From Eledone cirrhosa (lineage: Eukaryota), in NCBI GenBank assembly GCA_964016885.1, contig OZ024740.1, forward strand, positions 217,372,001 to 217,436,000: DNA of 64,000 nucleotides, given 5' to 3'. This document shows positions 1 to 9,646 of the stretch, one piece after another (positions within the stretch are counted from its first letter, which is position 1; every line of letters starts with the position of its first letter). Below the pieces are notes generated by a model. It saw nothing but the letters and a program-made list of their open reading frames with translations, did no database searches and was not told where the DNA came from. Position numbers and translations under genes: made by a program.

Positions 1-2832
1 TTAGAATAGAATCGATTAGGTTTAGTAAGGCTTTAGCAACAGAGAAAAATAGAGCAGAGGGAGAACTAGTTAGAAAATTAGACGAGGCGCTTAGCAAAGG
101 CATTGCGACCGACGTGCTTGCGGCGAAATTGGCCCTTGACCAATTCTTCAATGCAAAGCACGAAGGCTGCGTTGTCAGAGCTAGGGTGCGTGCTCTCAGA
201 CACGAGGGGACGAAAGCCGTTCAATGGGCCCGAGTGGCGGAGGCGCGTCGTGGCAACAAAGCCACGATCCGGTCTTTGGTGGACCACGACGGGCGCATGC
301 TACTCGATCCCGGGCAAATGTGTGAAGCTTTTCAGCGACACTTCGCTCAGCTGTTCGGGGGCAGCGGGGGGGGGGGGGGGGGGTAGAGTGATGGACTTTA
401 GTGTCTACCTCGACGGACTGCCGCGGCTCTCAGCCACTGAGGCGAAGTGTTGCGAAAAGCCGATAACAGCCGCTGAAGTAAGGGAGGCAATGACTGGCTG
501 CACAAGGGGTAAATCGCCTGGTTTGGATGGTCTGCCCTATGAACTTTACGTACAGATGCCAGACTTGTTCGGAGGCCTCTTGGCGGACGTCTACTGCAAC
601 TGGCAACAGAACGGGAGAATTCCCAGTTCTGTGAGCCGAGGAGCGGTGGCACTGCTGAGAAAGGATCCGAACAAGGGGGATAACATAGAAAATTTCCGGC
701 CCATAACTCTGCTAAACACAGAGTTTAAGATTTTGGCCAAGGTGCTAGCAAAGAGGTTGGCGCTTGTCGTTGGTGGTCTGGTGGGAGAGGCGCAGACATG
801 CGCCATTCCCGACAGATCCATCCACGACAACCTCCACCTCATGCGATACATCGTAGAGAGGGTAGCTAGGGAACCTGGCACGGGTGGGTCCTTGATCAAT
901 TTAGATCAGTCGAAAGCTTTCGATAGGGTCGACCATCGTTACCTAGCGGCAGTCCTGAGGGCGGCTGGCTTTGGGCCCGTCTTCAGAGGCTGGATCGCTG
1001 CCATGCACAGCGACATCTGCTCTGTGGTGAGAGTGAACGGTCACCTGTCGGAACCGTTCAACATCATGCGCTCGGTCCGCCAAGGATGTCCCCTCTCGTC
1101 CCTCTTGTACGTATTGACTCTCGAGCCATTACTGCACAAACTGGAGACGTTGAGGGGAGTCCCGCGCGAACTAGGATGCGGAAGATCCGTGTCAGCATAT
1201 GCGGACGATGTCACCGTAGTGGTGTCGAACGCCAAACACATCGAGGCGATCGGCACTACACTAAGAGAATACGAAGCGGTAACAGGAGCAATAATCAACC
1301 AGGAAAAGTCAGTGGGCCTGCAGCTCGGCACCTGGAGAGGCAGGTCCATGCCATCCAACAGCGTCGTCGGGCGCTGGACGGACGGACCGGTTAAATTGCT
1401 AGGGGTCTGGTTCGGTCCGGACCTCCAGACGGACAAAAACTGGGACGAGGTGACGAGCAGGGTGGCTTCTCTCACCCAGAAATGGGCGGAGAGGAAGCTA
1501 TCCCTGAAAGGTCGAGCGGAGGTGGCTAACGCGTACATCGCGTCTGTCATCTGCTACCGCCTAACCGTCGTACCTTGTCCTAAGCCTCGCCTGACTGCAC
1601 TGGAGCGTTTGCTCTTTCGCTTTTTGTGGAAGGGACGTGCTCCGATGGTCAGGCGGTCCATCTGTTGTCAACACCCGCTACGTGGAGGGCTGGGCATGCC
1701 GTGGCTGATGATGCGCAGGCACGCGCTCAGGCTACGACATCTCCACCTCTTCCTCGACGGTGATCAGGTGTGGTCGCCGTTTGCTAGACGCGTTTTTCCC
1801 CAGCTCGTTTCCTTGACGGAGCTGCAGTCCTGGGTCAAGCGAAGACCGAGAGGGAGCGCCTGGAGACTGGAATGTCTTCAGGCGCTCACAGCCCTCGACC
1901 AATCGGGCAATGTGATCGGTGGAAACTCCACCTCGGCGTTCTATAGAGGATTAGTGGAGGGGAAGAGCGACGACGTACTTGGGGAAACTCTAGGCGTCGA
2001 CGAAAATCAACTAGCCAATCTCTTCGGAAGGACTTTCGGGCCAGGGCCTATGGACAACTTCCAGAAATCTCTGGCCTGGCAGTGCTACCGAGGAGCCTTG
2101 CCAGTTCGGGATAAACTCTACAGGCATGGAGGTGCCGTCAGCCGGGCATGTCCGAGATGCGCGCAGGGCGACGAAACCGTCCTGCACGCACTCGTCCAGT
2201 GTCCGAAAATTGCTGACTTGTGGGTTTATGTCGAACACCTGCTGTCGCGTTTAGGACGGATCCAGCAATCATCTGAGTCCATCGTGAGGATTGCCCCGCC
2301 CTCCTCCTTTAGCCGGGAAGGGCAGGCAGTTTTTATCTGTCTGGTGGCCATGGCGAAAGAGATAGTATGGTGGACACGTTTGAAAGGGCTGAAGACAAGC
2401 ACTTACCTCTTCGGTGATGCTCTGATTGACTTTTTCAAATTTCATTTGAAAAGGAAAATCAGAGTAGAGAGGGAAGTGCTCTCTTCCCAGCATTTTGTTG
2501 AAAGATGGGTGAGAGAAGCAAGAATGGCCCGAGTGAATGGGCCTACTCTGAGTATATATCTGTAAATTAAAGGTGGAAAACTGGGAGAGGGCACTTGCCT
2601 TGGTGGTCAGGGTCATTGTGGCTTTTTACTGGGCTTTCTCCACAAATGTCCCTCCGAAGTCTCCCCCCTATTGGGGAATTTTTCATTGTTATTTTCATTG
2701 TTATTTTTGTTACATCCTCTGTTTTTGTTTTTTACACGCAGAAATGCCCATTTGTACCGTCCTGCATTGTCCTGCACTGTCCTTAATGTCTACTTTATGT
2801 AAACCCTTGTGGTTAATAAAGAAATCATTATT

Positions 2833-2865
<33 letters not shown>
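1..2865 (+). mobile_element. Tx1/L1-clade non-LTR retrotransposon, 3' part (runs off window start), with (ATT)n tail
   Basis: RT motifs SPGLDG, FRPITLLN, LDQSKAFDRV, QGCPLS, YADD; C-terminal CPRC..ETVLHALVQC zinc motif; 3' end AATAAAGAAATC(ATT)n. Confidence 0.95.
103..2565 (+). CDS. Tx1-like ORF2 reverse transcriptase + zinc-binding domain; true frame upstream of the poly-G run (about 366-383) is that of ORF 114-386
   Basis: Uninterrupted RT/zf frame from about 385 to the stop at 2565; single frameshift in a G homopolymer. Confidence 0.9.
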   Translation: MRPTCLRRNWPLTNSSMQSTKAALSELGCVLSDTRGRKPFNGPEWRRRVVATKPRSGLWWTTTGACYSIPGKCVKLFSDTSLSCSGAAGGGGGGRVMDFSVYLDGLPRLSATEAKCCEKPITAAEVREAMTGCTRGKSPGLDGLPYELYVQMPDLFGGLLADVYCNWQQNGRIPSSVSRGAVALLRKDPNKGDNIENFRPITLLNTEFKILAKVLAKRLALVVGGLVGEAQTCAIPDRSIHDNLHLMRYIVERVAREPGTGGSLINLDQSKAFDRVDHRYLAAVLRAAGFGPVFRGWIAAMHSDICSVVRVNGHLSEPFNIMRSVRQGCPLSSLLYVLTLEPLLHKLETLRGVPRELGCGRSVSAYADDVTVVVSNAKHIEAIGTTLREYEAVTGAIINQEKSVGLQLGTWRGRSMPSNSVVGRWTDGPVKLLGVWFGPDLQTDKNWDEVTSRVASLTQKWAERKLSLKGRAEVANAYIASVICYRLTVVPCPKPRLTALERLLFRFLWKGRAPMVRRSICCQHPLRGGLGMPWLMMRRHALRLRHLHLFLDGDQVWSPFARRVFPQLVSLTELQSWVKRRPRGSAWRLECLQALTALDQSGNVIGGNSTSAFYRGLVEGKSDDVLGETLGVDENQLANLFGRTFGPGPMDNFQKSLAWQCYRGALPVRDKLYRHGGAVSRACPRCAQGDETVLHALVQCPKIADLWVYVEHLLSRLGRIQQSSESIVRIAPPSSFSREGQAVFICLVAMAKEIVWWTRLKGLKTSTYLFGDALIDFFKFHLKRKIRVEREVLSSQHFVERWVREARMARVNGPTLSIYL

Positions 2866-2940
2866 CCTGGAGGAAGAGTCCTCAAACACTCGTTCCAGCA
2901 GGTTCTGTTAGAAGCACCCTACTCCAGCTGATCCGGCGCA
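2866..2940 (-). mobile_element. 3' end of an RTE-like LINE with (AAT)n tail, tail-to-tail with Tx1
   Basis: Reverse complement matches 3305-3370 (CTGGAAxGAGTGTTTGAGGACTC); the same sequence follows the Tx1 tail at 29566. Confidence 0.5.
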
Positions 2941-3036
2941 TGGTTGTTATCTTCAATTCAGTATTCATGCCAACCCTTACCTATTGTCATGAATCTTGTG
3001 TAATGACCGAAAGAATACGATCACTAATACAACGGC

Positions 3037-3375
3037 CCAAACGGGATTCCTCCAATAGATCTTCGGAGTAACGTTACTCGATAGAGTGCATAGCTTGGAG
3101 ATCAGAGCTTCACTCCAGGCAGAGCCGCTACTTCTCCTAATTTATCACAGCTCTGATACTATGGACATGTGGTTACAATGTCTCAAGGAAGAATCGCTGG
3201 ACAGATTTTACGGGAAAAAATCAACCGGCAGTAGACCCAGGGGTAGACCCAAGCAAGATAGTTGGATAACATCCAAGAGCTTGGCTAGTCTCGCTTGGAG
3301 ATCCAGCCGGATCAGTTGGAAACGGTTGCTTCCAACAGCACCCGCTGGAATGAGTGTTTGAGGACTCAGCTCCCA
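3037..3375 (+). mobile_element. Degenerate RTE-like LINE 3' fragment (paralog at 51010-51335)
   Basis: GSRPRGRPK..W motif typical of the RTE C-terminus, frameshifted. Confidence 0.55.
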
Positions 3376-3549
3376 CCAGCCTCTTTCTTGATACTTGTAC
3401 ATTATTCTATGTACTAAACATGCACCTTTGATGAGTTGTGGTACACCTGAGCACTGTACACAATAATTTCATTATTATTTTAATATTACATTAAAATAAT
3501 AATGAAATTATTGTGTACAGTAATTTCATTATTATTTTAATATTACATT

Positions 3550-3738
3550 GGCGGTGGATTGGCAGTATCGGTAGAGAGTCGGACGCCATGCTTTCCAACA
3601 TAGTTACGTCTCTTTACGATCCGAGTTCAAATCCCGCCGAGGTTGACTTTGCCTTTCATCCTTACGGGGTCGATAAAATAAAGTACTAGTAAGGCACTGG
3701 GTAATTGCTGGCCTTGTGCCTAAAGTAGAAACAATTAT
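3550..3738 (+). mobile_element. tRNA-derived SINE, full length, with target-site duplication
   Basis: A-box-like TGGCAGTATCGG, B box GAGTTCAAATCC; TSD ATTATTTTAATATTACATT at 3531-3549 and 3734-3752; empty site in the paralog near 51435. Confidence 0.9.
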
Positions 3739-3871
3739 TTTAATATTACATTCCTAACAAATTCACGATCGAAACGCCCTTCAGGGGTGTCCGACCCTTA
3801 AAAATCAACAAAGGTGATACCTGTGGTAGTGCAGTTTGAGAGGAACTTGTGTGTGAACTTGCTGGAAGTAA

Positions 3872-3906
3872 CGGGCATGTTTTGATCTTGTTAGATCTCA
3901 TCAGCG
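3872..3906 (-). ncRNA. Degenerate minimal hammerhead ribozyme (paralog 51575-51609)
   Basis: Minus strand CG-CTGATGA-GATC/TAACAA/GATC-AAAA-CATG-CC-CG; GAAA and NUH mutated. Confidence 0.45.
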
Positions 3907-4199
3907 AAGAATATTCACTTTGCAAATTGGCCTAATAAAGATATAGGTAAAGAGTAATATTTTGGTAAGCTAATGAAGGAGATTCTACGTGGTCGTTAAA
4001 CAACTAGAAATAGCAGCTAAATTTCCTTCAATTCTCATGCTACTGTCGTAAAAGAAGACACATTATATAATGTAGTTTTAAATACAATACTCCGAAAACA
4101 AAGAAAGAAAAAAAGTAGGATGATCACCGCTAGGAATACCTGTGAATATCGGTCTGTTGGACCAGGGGTTGTCTTAGAGCTAAACAGTAACATTGGCGA

Positions 4200-4217
4200 C
4201 AACAATTCCTACTACTG

Positions 4218-4300
<83 letters not shown>

Positions 4301-4315
4301 TCTACAACAACAACA

Positions 4316-4355
<40 letters not shown>

Positions 4356-4385
4356 TCACCACCACCGCCACTACCATCACCACTG
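4200..4385. repeat. Compound trinucleotide microsatellite (CTA/CTG/CAA/CAC)
   Basis: Direct reading; paralog at 51865-52087. Confidence 0.95.
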
Positions 4386-4780
4386 TTGGTTTGAGAGCAG
4401 AGGAAATCTCATAAGGACCTGCAGAACCCTACTTTAGATAAGACTTAAATATAACTCCTCAAGATTAGGGAAGGAAAATATCTTTTAAATGTCGCTTTTA
4501 ATAATTCTTATTTGTTAAAAGGAAATTTCGGTACCAAGGTCATTAAATATCCATTTATCAGAATTCGTACATTGCTTAATTAGACCTGGATAACTAGTAG
4601 AATGTAATTTCTATTTTATCATTTATACTCCTCTGCTAACCAGTAAATTTCAAAATGGCGTCACAATGATTTGCTAACAATGATTTGCAGCCATACCAAA
4701 TATAAATTGACAGACTTATACAGACTGTTCGTCTCGCTGGTGTGTGCACAATTGCATCAAACTTTTACGCATCAATGCTC

Positions 4781-4945
<165 letters not shown>

Positions 4946-5149
4946 ACATCACAAACACGTATACATACGTATATTCTGTGCCTAAATAATTTTTTGCTGT
5001 TCATCAAAACATACACACAGGCACGCTTATCCCAATAACAGCATTGTACATTCACTGTTTCATAGACACATTGGCTTTTCACGGTGTCACTTCTACCGCC
5101 ACATGAACTATGTGTCTTTAGGTAATGGTAGAAGTCAAAATTCGTTTAC

Positions 5150-5752
5150 TGAACACACTTGAGTGGTCAATGCTTCTTTACGGCTGCGAATGGTGGACTT
5201 TCACGAATCAGACCCAGAGATAACTCGAGTCTACTGAGATCTATTTCTATCGCAGAATAATCAGGCCCTCGTACGTCGACTGGATAAATAATTGTTTCTA
5301 CTTTTGGCACAAGGCCAGCAATTATCCAGTACATTACTGGTACTTTATTGACCCCGTAAGGAGGAAAGGCAAAGTTAACTTCGGCTGGATTTGAACTCAG
5401 AATGGATAAATAATGAAGAGATTTTGAAGTCAGTGCGGACGGAACGTGAGATACTGCTCACTATTAAAAAGAGACAACTAATGTTCCTCGGACATGTCAT
5501 CAGGAAAGGCATGATGGAAAACTTTTCCACTAGCGGAAACATTCCTGGGAAGTGTGCCAGAGGTCGTCAAAGGAGGTCGTTTTGTGACGATTTCAACATC
5601 AAAGCCACAGAAGTAAGGGATCTCGCCCGAGATCGAACACCATGGAATGCCATTATTGGTCAAACACTGAAACAGTGATGGCACAAGAAGAAGAAGAAGA
5701 AGAAGAAGAAGAAGAAGAAGAAGAAGAAGAAGAAGAAGAAGAATAAGAAGAA
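5150..5752 (+). mobile_element. RTE-clade LINE 3' fragment with (GAA)n tail, interrupted by a minus-strand SINE (about 5285-5400); paralog 52780-53490
   Basis: LLYGCEWW, NEEIL...IKKRQLMFLGHVIRK, GRQR motifs. Confidence 0.8.
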
Positions 5753-6278
5753 GTCCCTATCACTTCTATCGCTACATGAACGATCTATCTTTTTGTAGTT
5801 GTAGAACACCCTGTCGCTTCTATCGCTAGATGAACGACCTATATTTACGTACTGGTAGAAGTCCCTATCACTTCTATCGCTACATGAACGATGTATCTTT
5901 ACTGGTAGAAGTGACAACATCCATATGAATACCATTTGTCTCTTACTTCTTTTGATATGCTTCATGTTCAACAGAAACTTATGACAAATAACTGAATCAT
6001 AATTTACAGCAGTGTCAAATAATATTTAAAAGAACATTTCTTTCTAGAAGACAATTCGAGATGAAATTTATAACCAGATATTTTCTTAGAGTTTCGAGTG
6101 TTCGAGTGACATTTTAATGTTTCATAAGAGTTTCTGAGAAAATCTACAAGAATTTTTTCGAAACCTAACTAAAGAAATTACCCTTTAGTCATTAAAATTT
6201 ACATTGACAATCTCTCTCTCTTTCTCTACCTGTCTCACTCTCTCTTTATCTCTCTCTTTCAATTTCTGTCTCTCAGTT

Positions 6279-6365
<87 letters not shown>

Positions 6366-6590
6366 CGTCTGTGTATTAGTAGAGTGTAAACATCAATATA
6401 TATATCTATATATCCAGGGAGTGTAACTTGGAGTTACTGTAGGTTCACCCGGGTGAGCACTCAATGTTGAGGTTCACTTCAGTGTCGAAGTGTAGAGCTT
6501 GACACAGTGTACTATAGTGAAATAGATTTTAGTTACTATGGAGAATTTTATAAAAATAACAAAATAAGATGCTGAGGTTACATATATCGT

Positions 6591-6685
6591 TTAATCATTA
6601 TACTTATTTCCACTGTTCACCATGCAATCGAGATGCCCTTCATGCATTTGCTGTTGCTATGAGAACAGTATCCTCAGATGAATAA
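6591..6685 (-). ncRNA. Type-I hammerhead ribozyme (CUGAGGA core), left arm of an inverted pair
   Basis: Reverse complement of 7114-7204 with a 4-nt indel; third copy at 54894-54988. Confidence 0.7.
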
Positions 6686-6717
6686 CCGATATGTTTGATA
6701 TGTCGCTGGCAGGTAAA

Positions 6718-6755
<38 letters not shown>

Positions 6756-6968
6756 CGTATATCTAGCTTAATAAAGAAATGGCTTCTATATATACATGCG
6801 CGCGTGTGCGTATTAGTAGAGTGTAAATATCAAGATTAATATAGAAATGGCTTCTACAGGACTAGAACTGTTTCAATCAGAAGAAATCATCAGGCTTTAT
6901 TGAGGATTCAATTTGAATGCAACAGTTCTACTCCTGTAGAAGCCATTTCTATATTAAGCTTGATATAC

Positions 6969-7005
<37 letters not shown>

Positions 7006-7113
7006 CAAACACGACCGCGGGCAAACCCTTCAAGGAACTCATATGTCTGCTAGGCGCACGAGCAATAGGACGTGTGTTTTACCTGCCAGCGACATATCAA
7101 ACATACATATCGG

Positions 7114-7204
7114 TTATTCATCTGAGGATACTGTTCTCATAGCAACAGCAAATGAAGGGCATCTCGATTGCATGGTGAACAGTGGAAATAAGTATAATGA
7201 TTAA
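7114..7204 (+). ncRNA. Type-I hammerhead ribozyme (CUGAGGA core)
   Basis: TTATTCAT-CTGAGGA-TACTGTT...AACAGTG-GAAA-TAAGTA-TA-ATGATTAA. Confidence 0.7.
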
Positions 7205-7349
7205 ACGATATATGTAACCTCAGCATCTTATTTTGTTATTTTTATAAAATTCTCCATAGTAACTAAAATCTATTTCACTATAATACACTATATAATACAC
7301 TATAATGCAATATATTAATAAATTGAAACTATATTTATAAAACCATAAT

Positions 7350-7415
7350 TATTTTATTATATATATTTCAAGGGCAACCAAGGCAAATTTTGGTGCGCTT
7401 TCATCAGATAAAATA
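7350..7415 (-). ncRNA. Minimal type-I hammerhead ribozyme (paralog 55492-55557)
   Basis: Minus strand TATTTTAT-CTGATGA-AAG...CTT-GAAA-TATATA-TA-ATAAAATA; 8-bp stem I, palindromic stem III. Confidence 0.8.
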
Positions 7416-7965
7416 CAAAATTTGTTTTATAAATGTTGACATACCCGTAGAAAAAGGTTCTCTGTATAGTGGAAATTTTTTTTTTTATTTAGGGTAATTC
7501 AAAGTTATGTGTGAGTATGCGAATGAATGTCAGAAAGATTTGAAAAAACAACGGTTTATTTAAATTATACTGTTGGAAGAATAGAGAGAAAAAACAGAGA
7601 AAAAGAGAAAGAGAGAAGAAAAAAAAGAGAAGAAAAAAGTAAATATATTTTCCATTTATTAATATATTGAATAAAAACAAATAACGAAACGAAATTAAAT
7701 TTCGTTTCGTTTGTAACTCACTTTTGTATGACTGACGCTTAAACAATTAAGTTAAAAATGTACATCCACATATGTATACTGAAATACTAGTATGCATATG
7801 AATACACACACGTATACATATGTAGATGTACCGAGTTTTTCACTGGTCACTTTACTGTGAGTGTCCAGCTATTCTGTATGTAAACACACAGACAAACCGG
7901 TTTTTAGAGTCATACTGGTTTTTGAGGAAACACCTTTCCTCTATTCTTCAGAAAGCCAGACAAGG

Positions 7966-8010
7966 AATATTGAACTAGTTTCGATGTTGTTACATCTCAT
8001 CAGCAATATT
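7966..8010 (-). ncRNA. Minimal hammerhead ribozyme
   Basis: Reverse complement of 8368-8412. Confidence 0.85.
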
Positions 8011-8367
8011 TACCTATCTTCCGGCCTCTCTAGAGAATCGTAAAAGCACATATCGTTATATGCTTTTTCTATGAAAATTAGTAGTGGGCAGACTAATTTG
8101 CATAGAGCATGAGTACGTACCGGTTCAACGGAGACGATAAAAACAAATAACGAAACGAAATTAAATTGTTTAAGCGTCAGTCATACAAAAGTGAGTTACA
8201 AACGAAACGAAATTTAATTTCGTTTCGTTATTTGTTTTTATCGTCTCCGTTGAACCGGTACGTACTCATGCTCTATGCAAATTAGTCTGCCCACTACTAA
8301 TTTTCATAGAAAAAGCATATAACGATATGTGCTTTTACGATTCTCTAGAGAGGCCGGAAGATAGGTA

Positions 8368-8412
8368 AATATTGCTGATGAGATGTAACAACATCGAAAC
8401 TAGTTCAATATT
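8368..8412 (+). ncRNA. Minimal hammerhead ribozyme
   Basis: AATATTG-CTGATGA-GATGT/AACA/ACATC-GAAA-CTAG-TT-CAATATT; palindromic ACTAGT stem III. Confidence 0.85.
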
Positions 8413-8729
8413 CCTTGTCTGGCTTTCTGAAGAATAGAGGAAAGGTGTTTCCTCAAAGACCAGTATGACTCTAAAAACCGGTTTGTCTGTGTGTTTACAT
8501 ACAGAATAGCTGGACACTCACAGTAAAGTGACCAGTGAAAAACTCGGTACATCTACATATGTATACGTGTGTGTATTCATATGCATACTAGTATTTCAGT
8601 ATACATATGTGGATGTACATTTTTAACTTAATAATATATTGAATATTTACTCCAGTAAACTGTTGAGTGCTTCATATCAGTTATAAAACTTTTAAGCTTG
8701 TTGAATCGCAACAGATTAAATATAACATT

Positions 8730-8774
<45 letters not shown>

Positions 8775-8868
8775 GTGTAACACTGGAAGGTAATATCCGT
8801 AGTGATAGAGCACTCAGTCCAAGGGACGAGTTAGGTAGAAGTGGTTACACAACAGCTAGTTCACCATA

Positions 8869-8908
8869 CCGAGAACAATTGTTTCACCTTCGCGGATCTT
8901 CAGCTCGG
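8869..8908 (-). ncRNA. Minimal hammerhead ribozyme (CUGAAGA core)
   Basis: CCGAG-CTGAAGA-TCCGCGAAGGT-GAAA-CAATTG-TT-CTCGG. Confidence 0.75.
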
Positions 8909-9511
8909 GATGTGTATGGTTATAGGAACAGGAAGGACAACCGTACGAACGCGCATGCGCAGAAACTTGGTCACTCACACAGGCAATACTAGACTGCGTG
9001 CGGGAGGTATAAGGGAGATAACTGCGAAAGTCCGGAAAGTTTTTAGGTTGAAAATAAAATAAAAAATTTAAACATAAAATTACAAAGAATCAGCCATGTA
9101 TGGTCCCTCAAGGACTCAAGTATAGGCTACTCCATTCAATGGAAAGCCATCACTAAGTCCAAGCCATACGCAAGGGAAAATCCGACGTGTGGCTTATGTA
9201 TTGACGAACGGATAACTATCTTAAAGAGATTACGCAATAGTGATTGCCTAAACACGAGAAGTGAAATTTTCACACGTTGTCCACACGTCACCAAACATCT
9301 ATTGCATAACTACAAGGCTCCGGACTGATTCTTTGTAATTTTATGTTAACATTTTTTTATTTTATTTTCAACCTAAAAACTTACCGGACTTTCGCAGTTA
9401 TCTCCCGTACACCTCCCGCACGCAGTCTAGTATTGCTCGTGTGAAGTGACCGAGTTTCTGCGCATGCGCGTTCGTACGGTTGTCCTTCCTGTTCCTATAA
9501 CCATACACATC

Positions 9512-9551
9512 CCGATCTGAAGATCCGCGAAGGTGAAACAATTGTTCTCGG
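9512..9551 (+). ncRNA. Minimal hammerhead ribozyme (one stem I mismatch)
   Basis: CCGAT-CTGAAGA-TCCGCGAAGGT-GAAA-CAATTG-TT-CTCGG. Confidence 0.7.
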
Positions 9552-9579
9552 TATGGTGAACTAGCTGTTGTGTAACCAC

Positions 9580-9643
<64 letters not shown>

Positions 9644-9646
<3 letters not shown>

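Larger units (their letters stand above)
7748..8630. repeat. Near-perfect long inverted repeat (arms about 420 bp), PLE pseudo-LTR-like
   Basis: Identical 60-aa ORFs on opposite strands (7861-8043, 8335-8517); one hammerhead per arm; absent from the paralogous block. Confidence 0.9.
8837..9584 (+). mobile_element. 5'-truncated Penelope-like element: inverted pLTR + GIY-YIG C-terminal fragment + pLTR, in a (TA)n tract
   Basis: Arms about 8837-9093 and 9325-9584 are inverted; 9092-9328 translates SHVWSLKD...IQWKAI..SKPY...CGLCIDE...LNTRSEIFTRCPHVTKHLL*, typical of a PLE C-terminus. Confidence 0.85.

Noticed and set aside
3550-3645. tRNA-like A and B boxes
   Set aside because: SINE heads; no full cloverleaf
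5750-5910. Three-copy tandem repeat of about 57 bp (paralog 53490-53650)
   Set aside because: Ordinary minisatellite; no coding or ribozyme signal seen
6830-6960. Inverted pair of hammerhead-like relics
   Set aside because: Core and stem I too decayed to call
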